From a virus, in IMG/VR virus record IMGVR_UViG_3300027749_000058, positions 1 through 64,000 of that record: a stretch of 64,000 nt of DNA; one strand, given 5' to 3'. A program made the position numbers and the translations under genes. Within the stretch, counting starts at the first letter, position 1. The number at the start of each line of letters is the position of its first letter. Under the pieces are notes generated by a model. It ran no database searches. It was not told the origin of the DNA and was given only the letters and a program-made list of their open reading frames with translations. Of this stretch, positions 28,290 to 38,437 are shown one piece after another.

Positions 28290-28703
28290 TCAAGAGAAGG
28301 ATTTTTTTACTCTTTCTAATAATTTTTCATCAAACTTAATTCCGTGTCTTTTCTTAAAATGTTTGACTAATTCTTTTATTGCGCCAACTTTATTATTTTG
28401 TTTTAAAAGTAAATAAGCCCCAAGGTCAGCATCCAATTCTTCATCTTCGTTTCTTGGACCGTCGTGACCAAGTATAATATGAGCAATTTCATGTGCCTCA
28501 ATAAACTTTAATACATCAGAATTAAATTTGTTTATAAATTGCTCACCATCAATAATAACAAGATTTTTATTTGGTACCATAAAACCATATCCATATTCAT
28601 TAAACATGGGTTCAAGGTTTTTATATTGTGGATTATCTGAAAATACGACCGCAATCGTAATTTCAGGTAAAAATTCACTATTGTATGAGATTGGTTGTGA
28701 CAA
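28290..28703 (-). CDS. HExxH zincin-like metallopeptidase domain protein
   Basis: AHEIAH...ELDADLGA. Confidence 0.65.
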   Translation of the reverse strand: MSQPISYNSEFLPEITIAVVFSDNPQYKNLEPMFNEYGYGFMVPNKNLVIIDGEQFINKFNSDVLKFIEAHEIAHIILGHDGPRNEDEELDADLGAYLLLKQNNKVGAIKELVKHFKKRHGIKFDEKLLERVKKSFS

Positions 28704-28923
28704 ATTTTAAATTTTTGTTTTTAAATGATGCCCAAAAAATACTTCTTAAGCGATTTATAATAGTTAATTCAGTACCGGATACTATTTCTTTAGTATATTT
28801 TTTTTCCCATGACAAAAAGCAATTATAAACAACATCCATTTGATTTTTGGTTTGTGCAGATTTTAAAACACGGATTACCCATTCAAAATCTTTAAGTGCT
28901 AATTTTACATTTAATGCTGTCAT
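28678..28923 (-). CDS. Hypothetical protein
   Basis: ORF track. Confidence 0.5.
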   Translation of the reverse strand: MTALNVKLALKDFEWVIRVLKSAQTKNQMDVVYNCFLSWEKKYTKEIVSGTELTIINRLRSIFWASFKNKNLKFVTTNLIQ

Positions 28924-28954
28924 GGTTTATTAATTTTTTCAAAAATACTGAAAA

Positions 28955-29575
28955 TTATGATAACAAACTATAATATTTTTTAAAATGTTTGATTCTGTCG
29001 TCAAGACCTATATACCCACCATTAACTCTTTTTGTAATTTTTTTGATTGTTTCTTCATCACTTCCTTGGTCAGCAACTGCATTTAATTTCATATTAAGAC
29101 AATATTCCCATAATGCGGCATCCAATGAATAATGGTTATCAGTTCTTATTAAATCCGCAGTTTCCTCAACCGTTTTTTTAATGTACGTTGCATAACCTTT
29201 ATATGCATCTTTACCTGTAAGCTGTAAAAATCCACCACCTCTAAATCTAAATCCGTCGCCTGGATTATTGTTGCCCATACGACCTCCATATACCGATTCC
29301 GATAATTTTTGTTCATTTTTAACATATTCATTTGCATTTTTTTTACCATCTGCTCCTGTAAGATTAAATCTACTTGGCCAAATATCTGCAATTCTTTTTG
29401 GTGTTGTATAATTTAAACTTTCTGTTTTAATTGTAAAATCACCACTTTCATGTGCTATCTGGCCCAAAAAATGAGAGGCTCTAAGTGCAGTGTTAATTTC
29501 ATACTTTGAAAAAGATTCTGGTAACAAATCTAATATAGATTTAGGAATTACTCCTGTTAATTTTTCTAAATTCAT
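28955..29575 (-). CDS. GH19 family endolysin
   Basis: HFLGQIAHESG, ESLNY, DGFRFRGGGFLQLTGKDAY, TKRVNGGYIGLDDR. Confidence 0.92.
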   Translation of the reverse strand: MNLEKLTGVIPKSILDLLPESFSKYEINTALRASHFLGQIAHESGDFTIKTESLNYTTPKRIADIWPSRFNLTGADGKKNANEYVKNEQKLSESVYGGRMGNNNPGDGFRFRGGGFLQLTGKDAYKGYATYIKKTVEETADLIRTDNHYSLDAALWEYCLNMKLNAVADQGSDEETIKKITKRVNGGYIGLDDRIKHFKKYYSLLS

Positions 29576-29613
29576 TATATTGTTTTTATTATAAATACTT
29601 TTATATTTAAACT

Positions 29614-29820
29614 ATGAAAATACTATTCTCCATTTTTTTAATTATTGGAAGGCTTTGGATTGGATTTACCATATTATCGTGGGTGATTAAGAAGATGATA
29701 ACACCCACACTACATAATATTTCTGAAATAGAAGTATATTTGGTTTTGATGATATTTGATACTTGGATATCTATTTCTCAAAATAACATTGATGTATCAA
29801 TAGTTAAAAAAGAAAGTTAG
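29614..29820 (+). CDS. Small membrane protein
   Basis: Two hydrophobic segments. Confidence 0.45.
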   Translation: MKILFSIFLIIGRLWIGFTILSWVIKKMITPTLHNISEIEVYLVLMIFDTWISISQNNIDVSIVKKES

Positions 29821-29853
29821 GATATTGAATATTTATCAATAAAGTATTACCTT

Positions 29854-30480
29854 ATGAATAATTTACGAAACATAATTAAAGAAGTTCTTGAAGAAAAATT
29901 AGACAAATCTTTATTATTAAAAGAAGATGTTAAAATATCTGAATCATTAAAGTATCATATTGATAATCATACAAATTTAACTGATAATGTTTATAGGGTT
30001 TATTCTGAGGCATATTTTGATTTAGTAAATGAGGTTAGAAATTTGTGGAAAGAAGGTAAAATTGAGTTAAATGAAGAAGATACTTTAATGGTAGAATCTG
30101 ATTTAGGACAAAAAGTTAAAATCGGTAAGAAATACGTTTACCTTGACGCTCCATACATTTACGAAACTGAAACAGAAGAAGACATTATTAATGAGGCAAA
30201 ATTGCACGGTAAAAATGTTCAATTAAATAAACCTCATAGAACTCCAGGTGGCCCAAAGAAATTTGCCGTTTATGTGAAAAGCAAAACAGGTGGAGTTAAA
30301 AAAGTTACATTCGGAGACCCTAACTTAAAAGTTAGAAACGCAAATAAAAAAGCTGCAAAATCATTTAGAGCACGTCATAAGTGTTCCCAAAAAACTGATA
30401 GAACAACCGCAGGATACTGGAGTTGTCATGTTGGTCGTTATGCAAAACAATTAGGATTATCTTCATCAAACTCTTGGTAA
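29854..30480 (+). CDS. Conserved phage protein with basic C-terminal domain
   Basis: KKFAVYV...FGDP...SFRARHKC...AGYWSC, a pattern recalled from large T4-like phages; IINE before the domain. Confidence 0.6.
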   Translation: MNNLRNIIKEVLEEKLDKSLLLKEDVKISESLKYHIDNHTNLTDNVYRVYSEAYFDLVNEVRNLWKEGKIELNEEDTLMVESDLGQKVKIGKKYVYLDAPYIYETETEEDIINEAKLHGKNVQLNKPHRTPGGPKKFAVYVKSKTGGVKKVTFGDPNLKVRNANKKAAKSFRARHKCSQKTDRTTAGYWSCHVGRYAKQLGLSSSNSW

Positions 30481-30815
30481 TGGAATTAAAAAAAATAGAA
30501 AAATATTTACAGACTTATTTGGATGATGTAATTTCACCGTATATAAATAAAGAATTGGTTGGTGAAGAAGATGAACCAATCAAGTTGAATGTTTTTCAGA
30601 TTATAGGAGGGAGTTATATACCACGAATATACCATATTTTTATTGATATAGAACCAAATTGGGAAGGAAGTTATCGTAAAAAAATGGAAAATGATATTAG
30701 TGACTTTATGAAAATTCTTTCTATTAATAGCAAAATAAAAGTTCATTGGAACAAACGACCTGAATTCAAGGGTTCCGAAACTCCAAAACCTTTTTACGGA
30801 ACTCAAGATAAATAA
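30480..30815 (+). CDS. Hypothetical protein
   Basis: Coupled TAATG start at 30480. Confidence 0.55.
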   Translation: MELKKIEKYLQTYLDDVISPYINKELVGEEDEPIKLNVFQIIGGSYIPRIYHIFIDIEPNWEGSYRKKMENDISDFMKILSINSKIKVHWNKRPEFKGSETPKPFYGTQDK

Positions 30816-30816
30816 C

Positions 30817-31083
30817 ATGGATAACCCATTTCAACAATATATTAAAGAAGGAAAATTGGTTAGAGTATTCACCCCTGACGTACCAACCGATGAATTAAAA
30901 TGGCATCAAGACCTTAGAGACCGAAAAGTTACGGTTGTGGAAGATGGTGGATGGTCATTTCAAATGGAGAATTTCTTGCCAATCAAATTGTCAGAATCCA
31001 AAGAATTTTCAATTCCAAAATTTGTTTGGCATAGAGTTATTAAGGGAGAAGGAAATTTAATTATTGAGATTGAAGAATTTTAA
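30817..31083 (+). CDS. Small cupin-fold protein
   Basis: WHQD...FSIPKFVWHRVIKG. Confidence 0.65.
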   Translation: MDNPFQQYIKEGKLVRVFTPDVPTDELKWHQDLRDRKVTVVEDGGWSFQMENFLPIKLSESKEFSIPKFVWHRVIKGEGNLIIEIEEF

Positions 31084-31258
31084 CTATAAAGATATTGGAT
31101 ATTTTAAATATAAATCATCCATACCCACAATTGTAGATTGTATAAAAGAATATCCTATCACGGAGTTCATTTTAGAAAAAATTAAGAAAAAAGAATTGGT
31201 TTGGGAGTTTGAAATGGAAGAACAAAAACCAAAGTTATATAACGGAAAACTAATTGTT

Positions 31259-32029
31259 TTAATATAGATTTTTTATATCAAATTTTTTCACAAATGTAGG
31301 AAATGCTTCCTCATATGATTTTTCAGATTCATCTGTAATCTTGTTTGTGAATTGCCAATTCCAGTAAAAAGCATCATTTGGTTTGAAACCATAAAAAGTA
31401 TGAACTCTTTTTTGAGTATCAACAACATCAACACCTTTCCAGTTTTGTCCTGTACAAATAAATCCACTTTGAATATTCTCAACAATATTTGACTCACCCA
31501 AAGTTTCATGTCTGTTCTCAATCCATGTTAATCTTTCAATTAATTTTTGGTAAAACATATTAGCCTGACCCCACCTTACAGAAGTAAAAAATATAACAGC
31601 ATTTGATTCAAATAATTCTTTGGATATTTTCCAAAGTTCATCATCTTTATCATTTAAGCTTGCCCAACATCTATGATGTCCTGTCGGATTTTTATCTTTG
31701 TCTTTTAATTTTGCTTTCATCAATCCACAAGAATTACCATCTTTTCTTGATACATTACCTTCACAAGGAACAATATTTAATTCAGGAACATCAATTAAAA
31801 CAGATTTATCATTTAGATATTCATTGATAACCATTGCAAGGATTGTTGATTTTGGAATATCAACATCATTCGGGTCCCAATTATATCTGTTTGAGCATGT
31901 TAATAGTAATACCTTATCCAACTTTTGCAATTCAGATATTGTCTTTTCAAGTTTTTTTAAACTACCTATAGAATTGTTCTTTTCGGTAACATTGTACTTA
32001 TTAAATATTTCTTGTAATCTATTATCCAT
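31259..32029 (-). CDS. Flavodoxin-like/NADPH-dependent FMN reductase-like protein
   Basis: LLLTCSNR, IVPCEG, AVIFFTSVRWG, KLIERL. Confidence 0.65.
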   Translation of the reverse strand: MDNRLQEIFNKYNVTEKNNSIGSLKKLEKTISELQKLDKVLLLTCSNRYNWDPNDVDIPKSTILAMVINEYLNDKSVLIDVPELNIVPCEGNVSRKDGNSCGLMKAKLKDKDKNPTGHHRCWASLNDKDDELWKISKELFESNAVIFFTSVRWGQANMFYQKLIERLTWIENRHETLGESNIVENIQSGFICTGQNWKGVDVVDTQKRVHTFYGFKPNDAFYWNWQFTNKITDESEKSYEEAFPTFVKKFDIKNLY

Positions 32030-32087
32030 TCAATATAAATACTTCGTAAATCATAATAAAAAACCCACCATGAGGGTGGGTTATATT

Positions 32088-33122
32088 TTATGCTCTCATA
32101 GTTGGAACATTAGTAATTTCAGGTCTTAATTCTCTGAATCGTCCATTAACTTCAGCAGGTTCTGGTAACATCTCACTAAGTAATTCATGTATTGTATTCA
32201 TTTCTCTTTGATAATTAGGTTCAGAAGGTTCTGTTTGTTCATCAAGTGGAACTGTTTCATCAGGTCCATTAACAAATCCAACTCTCATTTTTTCATATGA
32301 TGTTAAACATTCATTATGAACTTGTTCTTGAATCTCATCTGAACACAAATTTTTATTTGAGTCTTTAGACTTAAAAATTTTTCTAACAATAGGGAACAAA
32401 TAGTCATCAGCATCAACATCGAGGTAATCAACTCTGCTGTCCTCGGCATTCCAAAAACTGAATTCACTATCTCCGTCTAATCCTTTAAAACCAGCAAATT
32501 TATAACCCGTCTGTTTGTTGATAAAATAAACTAAAATTCCTTTTCTCCAATATTTTTCAAAATATTGTTTTTCTTTTTGATATGTTGTACACCATCTTGT
32601 TGACGCTCCGTATTTTGCGGATGCCGAGAATGTTAAAGGTCTAACAACAACCCATTTTTCATCTTCATATTCTTTAATAACCTGACCCTCAAGGTCTTTA
32701 GTTAATTCTTTCATTGAAGCTAAGGTTACCGCACCTCTAACATCCTCAAGGTCTTTATAGGTCGAGACATCTTTATTTTCAATGTGACCTTTATCCATAT
32801 AATCCATAAACTCTTTTAGAGTGGAGTAGGTGTCACTACTGAAATGTTCTGCAAGATAATTTGCCATATAATACATCTCACCATCATTAAGACCATCGGT
32901 TGAAATTCCTTTATTGATTAACATTGCTTGAATTTCCAACATACTTGTCAGATAATAATTTTTATCACCCCAAAGTTTTTTTGGATTAAATTTTTGACCA
33001 AATATTTTACACATTAATGGAAGATACTTGTAAGATTTGGAAGCATCTAATCTATTCATCATGTCAAATATTGTGACATTTAATTCGGGATATTGTTTTT
33101 TTAATTCATCTATACGAGACAT
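32088..33122 (-). CDS. Hypothetical protein with PcfJ-like domain, paralogue of 62080
   Basis: VVRPLTFSASAKYGASTRWCTT...F..Y..ILVYFINK. Confidence 0.6.
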   Translation of the reverse strand: MSRIDELKKQYPELNVTIFDMMNRLDASKSYKYLPLMCKIFGQKFNPKKLWGDKNYYLTSMLEIQAMLINKGISTDGLNDGEMYYMANYLAEHFSSDTYSTLKEFMDYMDKGHIENKDVSTYKDLEDVRGAVTLASMKELTKDLEGQVIKEYEDEKWVVVRPLTFSASAKYGASTRWCTTYQKEKQYFEKYWRKGILVYFINKQTGYKFAGFKGLDGDSEFSFWNAEDSRVDYLDVDADDYLFPIVRKIFKSKDSNKNLCSDEIQEQVHNECLTSYEKMRVGFVNGPDETVPLDEQTEPSEPNYQREMNTIHELLSEMLPEPAEVNGRFRELRPEITNVPTMRA

Positions 33123-33204
33123 AAAATTCTTTTTATAAAATATAGGTGAAATAAAAGTTTGAGTCAAAAAAAAACATTCAGTATTTCTACTGAATGTTAA
33201 TAAG

Positions 33205-33295
33205 TGGCGGAGAGAGTAGGATTCGAACCCACGGGCCCCTCACGAGGCCTCCTGATTTCAAGTCAGGTGCAATAGACCAACTCTACCATCTCTCC
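33205..33295 (-). tRNA. trnS: tRNA-Ser(TGA), CCA encoded
   Basis: ggagaga/tctctcc; cctga-ctTGAaa-tcagg; long variable arm. Confidence 0.95.
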
Positions 33296-33338
33296 AATTA
33301 GATTTTGTAATCTTTAAAAAAAGTAGTATATTTGTCTT

Positions 33339-33767
33339 ATGAAAACAAGTATAACCACAATATTATTATTATTTATCTGTCTTTTTGGAAAAAGCCAGAC
33401 TTCAGACATTATGTATGTAACAGGTCAACAAACTTTAGTTCTCACATATAACAACAATAACTCACCAATAGGATATTATGTTGGTGGATATCTTATAACA
33501 ACCTTTCCACAACCGTTTATCTATACAACACCAGTATCAATAATTAACCGACTTGGAATAAGTATAACCAATCATAAGGTAAGTGTTATGGGTGGATCAT
33601 TCATTAAAAATTATATTAATAATCTTTCATTAACTCCTGATGTTTGGGTTAAAATTTACCCACTTAGAATCATCACCAATACTACCAAAGGAGTTGATTT
33701 TACATTAGGAATTAATTATATGGATGAAATTCATTATGGAATTGGAGTATCAATCCCAATTTGGTAG
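33339..33767 (+). CDS. Exported beta-strand-rich (outer-membrane-like) protein
   Basis: Signal peptide ending GKS-Q; alternating beta pattern; C-terminal aromatic residue; TATATTTG upstream. Confidence 0.5.
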   Translation: MKTSITTILLLFICLFGKSQTSDIMYVTGQQTLVLTYNNNNSPIGYYVGGYLITTFPQPFIYTTPVSIINRLGISITNHKVSVMGGSFIKNYINNLSLTPDVWVKIYPLRIITNTTKGVDFTLGINYMDEIHYGIGVSIPIW

Positions 33768-33780
33768 TATTTATAGTCAT

Positions 33781-34758
33781 ATGATAGATTTTCCCATAGA
33801 AAGGATTAACCGATTTTTTGATAACCACATCTTTGAGGTTAAAACACAACCAACACATGATGAGGATTATTCTATATCGACAAATGTTAAAGTAACATTA
33901 ACTGGTGTTAAAGATTATACTAGTATGGGTGAAAAAAAATCACATGTTGAATATACAATTAGTATCTTGCCAACAAGTGAAACTTCTGATATATGGAATA
34001 AGATGTGGGCAGGTATTTATGGTGAAAGAGTAGACATTAATACCAGTAGTCGTGAATATTTTGAATTAAGATTTGTAATGAATCATAAATTAGAAAATTT
34101 CTTAAAATATTTTGGCGTTGAGAAACAAGTTATTTGTACCAAAGTAGTAAATGAATTAGAAGATAATCAATTGAAAGAATCTTTAATTATAGAAGCCCGT
34201 TACGATAACGTTGTTAGAACATTGGTTAAAGATATAATTGATCTTTATAAATTTCAAAGAGAAGGAGAATTTTCATTACCTGAAGATATCAGAGGTGAAG
34301 AAGATATGACTTATAGTTTTCCTGAATTTGAAAATGAGTTTTCAATAGATTTGAATCTTGCCAAAGATGATAACGTTGATACTGTTGAAGTTGATGCCGC
34401 ATATTATAGAGATGAGGACATTATTGAAGTTACCATTGTTTCAAACCCTGATTTAGGAAATCAAAATATCCAAGAATTAATTGGTGAACTTAATGAAACA
34501 ATAAGACATGAATTAGAACATGTTTCACAACATCAAAAAGGATATGATTTTCCAAAAGAACCAAAAAATCCATTAAAATATTATATTCAACCACATGAAC
34601 TTGAAGCTCAATTGGCCGGTTTTAAAAGAAGGTCAAGAAAGGAAAATAGAGATTTGGAAGAAGTGATTAGAGGATGGTTTCGTAGAAACGAAAAAAGACA
34701 TAGACTAAAACCAAAACAAGTTGAGATTGTAATAAACAAATTACTTGAAATGTCGTAA
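33781..34758 (+). CDS. Protein with HExxH zincin-like domain
   Basis: RHELEH...YY..PHELEAQLAG. Confidence 0.6.
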   Translation: MIDFPIERINRFFDNHIFEVKTQPTHDEDYSISTNVKVTLTGVKDYTSMGEKKSHVEYTISILPTSETSDIWNKMWAGIYGERVDINTSSREYFELRFVMNHKLENFLKYFGVEKQVICTKVVNELEDNQLKESLIIEARYDNVVRTLVKDIIDLYKFQREGEFSLPEDIRGEEDMTYSFPEFENEFSIDLNLAKDDNVDTVEVDAAYYRDEDIIEVTIVSNPDLGNQNIQELIGELNETIRHELEHVSQHQKGYDFPKEPKNPLKYYIQPHELEAQLAGFKRRSRKENRDLEEVIRGWFRRNEKRHRLKPKQVEIVINKLLEMS

Positions 34759-35489
34759 TGTCAAATATAAGAAAGATTATTCAAAAAATGTTATTGAAAG
34801 AACCATTCTATGAAGATGGTTATGAATATCAATTTATTAAAGCCATCCCTGACAGTAATAATTTAGGGTATGATATTCTTGTAAATGTTGTTTTACCTGT
34901 TAAAGGTCAGTCATATGCAACTCCTGTGTTCAGTGGACATATTCACAATATTCTTAGTAATATGTGGAAATACATTGGTAGTTCTTTCTCATATTCAGAA
35001 AAAATATTAATAGATGGTGAAGAACCTGTTAAAAATGTTGTTTTTATTAGTACAGAAAAACAAAGAGAGATTTTATCTACAATGAGAAAAAAATTTGAAC
35101 GAATAGGAATAAAAACTGCAATCGGAAGATTAACTTTTGAGGTATATTGGAAACCTGCTGAAAAATTTTATTCGTTAGATGATGTATACATTGATTTTGA
35201 TTTTAATATTGAAATTAAAAACTTTATGTTAGACGGTCATCATGTATTACCTAATTTAGATATTGCAGACGATGTTTCTGGCGCAATTTTGAATGTGATG
35301 TATGACGCTGATTTACTCAGAGATAAAATCACTGACGTAATCTATGACGTAATGGGTGATGAAATTGATATTACTAGTATTGATGATTTATATTATCAAG
35401 CACGATGCTATATCACTAAAATTGATGGATTTGAAGTCACTGGAAGGTGGGGTAATCACTTTGATTTAGAACCTAATATGTTTACTTAA
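34758..35489 (+). CDS. Hypothetical protein
   Basis: Coupled ORF. Confidence 0.6.
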   Translation: MSNIRKIIQKMLLKEPFYEDGYEYQFIKAIPDSNNLGYDILVNVVLPVKGQSYATPVFSGHIHNILSNMWKYIGSSFSYSEKILIDGEEPVKNVVFISTEKQREILSTMRKKFERIGIKTAIGRLTFEVYWKPAEKFYSLDDVYIDFDFNIEIKNFMLDGHHVLPNLDIADDVSGAILNVMYDADLLRDKITDVIYDVMGDEIDITSIDDLYYQARCYITKIDGFEVTGRWGNHFDLEPNMFT

Positions 35490-36102
35490 ATTTAGTTATA
35501 ATTTTTTTAATAACTTTAGACAACATTTCCGCACTTAATAGAACAACACCAGACGCAACCAATCTTTCAGCAATAATCATAGAGGCTTCTTTTAAATTTG
35601 AAGTTCTTGTTACAATTGAATGAATATCTGTAATAATTGGAAGTAAAAAACTATATGAAATAACATCCATCAAAGTTCCTACTTTTATATTTGCTGAAGA
35701 TAAAAAATTAACAAAAGCACTTTTTAAATCTAATGACTTTTTAAGAATAATTTTAAAAGTGTCTTCAAGTCCTTCTTCTTTAATTTTTTTTAAAATTGTA
35801 CTAACACCTCTTTTATTTTCAAAAAATATTATAAATGCAATTCCAATTAATATTAAAATTCTTTGATTATCATCAAGATTAAAGTCTCCTGTTTTAATAA
35901 AATTGTCTAACGGTAATAAGAATCCACCAACAGAAGTTCCCCACGTTAATAACATTTTTGCATTAATACCATATTTCTTGAATACTCTACCAACAATATT
36001 ATTGGCGAAGGAATATAAATGTTTCATATCATCAGTCATCCTTGATTCATTTTGTTCCATTAAAATTGTTCTCAGTTGAGATTCGTTAATTAAAAACTCC
36101 AT
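35482..36102 (-). CDS. Membrane protein with INESQL leader
   Basis: MEFLINESQL; hydrophobic helices. Confidence 0.6.
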   Translation of the reverse strand: MEFLINESQLRTILMEQNESRMTDDMKHLYSFANNIVGRVFKKYGINAKMLLTWGTSVGGFLLPLDNFIKTGDFNLDDNQRILILIGIAFIIFFENKRGVSTILKKIKEEGLEDTFKIILKKSLDLKSAFVNFLSSANIKVGTLMDVISYSFLLPIITDIHSIVTRTSNLKEASMIIAERLVASGVVLLSAEMLSKVIKKIITKFK

Positions 36103-36136
36103 ATAACTTATAAATATATGCGATATATTTATTATT

Positions 36137-36736
36137 ATGAAAGGTGAATTTAATCCAAAATTAAAAAGTGGTGATAAAATAATTTGTTATCATATGCAAG
36201 GTGAAACAGGGGTTCCTCCAGGAACAACTGGAATTGTTACTCATGTTGGTAGAGACCCATTTGAACAAGATGGAAATATAATTTCAGTTAACTGGGATAA
36301 TGGTAGTAAATTATCATTACTTTCCATAACAGATGCTTGGAAAAAAAATGCCAAAGAAATTCAAGAACAAACTGGTTCTCCTGAATATGATTATTTCTCA
36401 AAAAATCCTGAAGTGTTTGAAAATTTTGATTATAAGTTTTTTAAAAAATATTTACTAAAACTAAGAGAATCTGGTGTTGTTAATATGTTTCAAGCATCTC
36501 CTTTTTTATATTCAGGTGAAGAATGGATTGATAGATATCACGGTGAACATCAAGAAGATAATGAGGCATTCCAAGAAGTTTTAGAAATGGCTGAGGAGTC
36601 TAAAAACAAAATGATTCAAGGACTTTTAAAATATATGGAATCAAAAAAAATGGATATTGATGATATGTCTAAAGTTAATAGTTTGATTAATAGATTTGCA
36701 ATGAAAATTAATCAATTTTATATGACTTTTGTATAG
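36137..36736 (+). CDS. Hypothetical protein (DUF4314-like N-terminus)
   Basis: VPPGTTGIV...VNWDNGSKLSLL; LRESGVVNMF in second half. Confidence 0.55.
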   Translation: MKGEFNPKLKSGDKIICYHMQGETGVPPGTTGIVTHVGRDPFEQDGNIISVNWDNGSKLSLLSITDAWKKNAKEIQEQTGSPEYDYFSKNPEVFENFDYKFFKKYLLKLRESGVVNMFQASPFLYSGEEWIDRYHGEHQEDNEAFQEVLEMAEESKNKMIQGLLKYMESKKMDIDDMSKVNSLINRFAMKINQFYMTFV

Positions 36737-36752
36737 GTAAACCAATAACTTT

Positions 36753-36941
36753 TTAAAGTATTGGTTTACTAATTTTTTCAATAGTTCCATCTTTCCAATG
36801 TTTTACAATCCAACCATCATCATCAAGATAAACCATTGGTTTATCTTTACCCCACGTTTCTTCTTCAACCCTTTTTCTAAAAGATTCTTTAAATTGTTCA
36901 GACATAAATATTTTTGATATTTTATCTTCTTCTTTGTCCAT
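36753..36941 (-). CDS. Hypothetical protein
   Basis: ORF track. Confidence 0.5.
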   Translation of the reverse strand: MDKEEDKISKIFMSEQFKESFRKRVEEETWGKDKPMVYLDDDGWIVKHWKDGTIEKISKPIL

Positions 36942-36958
36942 TTTAATTGATGGTTTAT

Positions 36959-37993
36959 TTAATTTGATAGCGGCATTTTTATTGATGGATGACTTTGATA
37001 ATTCTGTAATACAATATCTTCTAATGTATATTCCGAAATGTCATTAACAAACCTATCAGATATTTCTACTGTTGGTAATTCGTATGGTTCTCTATTTAAC
37101 TGTTCTTTAATCGGTTCTATATGATTAAGATACAAATGCACGTCTCCTAAATTACCTATCAATTGGTCAGGAACCATATTAACTTGTTTTGCTATCATCA
37201 TTAATAATAATCCATAACTTGCTATATTGAACCCCAAACCGAGTCCAGTGTCGACACTGCGTTGATTCCACATTAATGAGATTGCTCGTTTGGGAACGCC
37301 AAATTCATCCATTTGTTCTTTTGTGATTTCTTCAAACATAGTTAAATCAACACGTTCTTTCTCACTCAATTCTCTCGTATACATTTGAAATCCATAATGA
37401 CAAGGCGGTAAAACCATTTTAGGCAAATCTGCCACATTCCAAGCATTAACCATTAAACGTCTTGAGTCAGGATTTGTTTTAAGTTCGTTGATTAGATTTT
37501 GTATTTGATCTGTTTCTGTTTCATCAAAATGTGCATCAAATCCTGGCATGTCAATTTCATATTGTGTCCATCTTCTCCATTGCGCACCATAGATTGGTCC
37601 TAACTCACCCCACTTCTTAGCAAACTCATCATCGGTTTTAATTTTATTGATAAACTCTTCCTTTGTTAATAATTCTAAGTTAGAGTATCCCCATACGTTT
37701 TTAGAGTAGTTAGCAAAGCAATCACCATCCCAAATGTGACAATCATTATCAACTAAGTATTTGATATTAGTATCTCCTTTAAGAAACCAAAGTAATTCCG
37801 TGCATATCGACTTCCAATGCATCTTCTTAGTTGTAAGCAATGGGAATCCATCTGACATATTATGCCTGAACTGAATACCAAACAATGATTTGGTTCCTGT
37901 TCCTGTTCTATCTGATTTGTTAAAACTTTGGTCTTCACTCACTAATAGTGATAGTAAAGCTTTATACCAGTCATCTAAATAATTGTATTTCAT
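36959..37993 (-). CDS. thyA: Thymidylate synthase
   Basis: DRTGTGT, FPLLTTKK, ELLWFL, LGPIYGAQWR, LPPCH, QRSVD, FNIASY, HLYLNH. Confidence 0.97.
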   Translation of the reverse strand: MKYNYLDDWYKALLSLLVSEDQSFNKSDRTGTGTKSLFGIQFRHNMSDGFPLLTTKKMHWKSICTELLWFLKGDTNIKYLVDNDCHIWDGDCFANYSKNVWGYSNLELLTKEEFINKIKTDDEFAKKWGELGPIYGAQWRRWTQYEIDMPGFDAHFDETETDQIQNLINELKTNPDSRRLMVNAWNVADLPKMVLPPCHYGFQMYTRELSEKERVDLTMFEEITKEQMDEFGVPKRAISLMWNQRSVDTGLGLGFNIASYGLLLMMIAKQVNMVPDQLIGNLGDVHLYLNHIEPIKEQLNREPYELPTVEISDRFVNDISEYTLEDIVLQNYQSHPSIKMPLSN

Positions 37994-37994
37994 A

Positions 37995-38183
37995 TCAATA
38001 TCCTTTTTGTATTGTTAAACCATAGGCATAATGTAGCCACGCTAAATGTAAACCAATTGCAGGTGATGTAACACCTGTTTCTAAAAAATACTCTTTATCG
38101 TACCAAATACTAATACATGGAATAATCCAAACCTTACCACGAATACGATAAAAACCATTTTGTTCTATAAACCATTTTTTCAT
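37995..38183 (-). CDS. Hypothetical protein
   Basis: ORF track, operon packing. Confidence 0.45.
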   Translation of the reverse strand: MKKWFIEQNGFYRIRGKVWIIPCISIWYDKEYFLETGVTSPAIGLHLAWLHYAYGLTIQKGY

Positions 38184-38437
38184 ATTAATCCTCCTTGTTT
38201 TTTCCAGTCTTCTTCCATTTGGTTTCTACCTGAATTGTAATTACCGTAATCACCCCACATTTCTAATAAAGATTCGAATGCTTTTTTTAATTTATTGTAT
38301 TTTTCTTCTGATTCTTGTTGTCCTAATTGGTGAGATTGATACATACACTTAATTATTGACCTTTTATCTAAAAAAGAATGGTGTGGAATTGTGTTTTGAT
38401 ATATTTCTTCTAATTGTTTTTCTAATTTTTCATTCAT
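38180..38437 (-). CDS. Hypothetical protein
   Basis: ORF track, operon packing. Confidence 0.5.
   Translation of the reverse strand: MNEKLEKQLEEIYQNTIPHHSFLDKRSIIKCMYQSHQLGQQESEEKYNKLKKAFESLLEMWGDYGNYNSGRNQMEEDWKKQGGLI

Noticed and set aside
36959-37993. Intron or intein in thyA
   Set aside because: ORF is continuous with only short insertions and no intein motifs.
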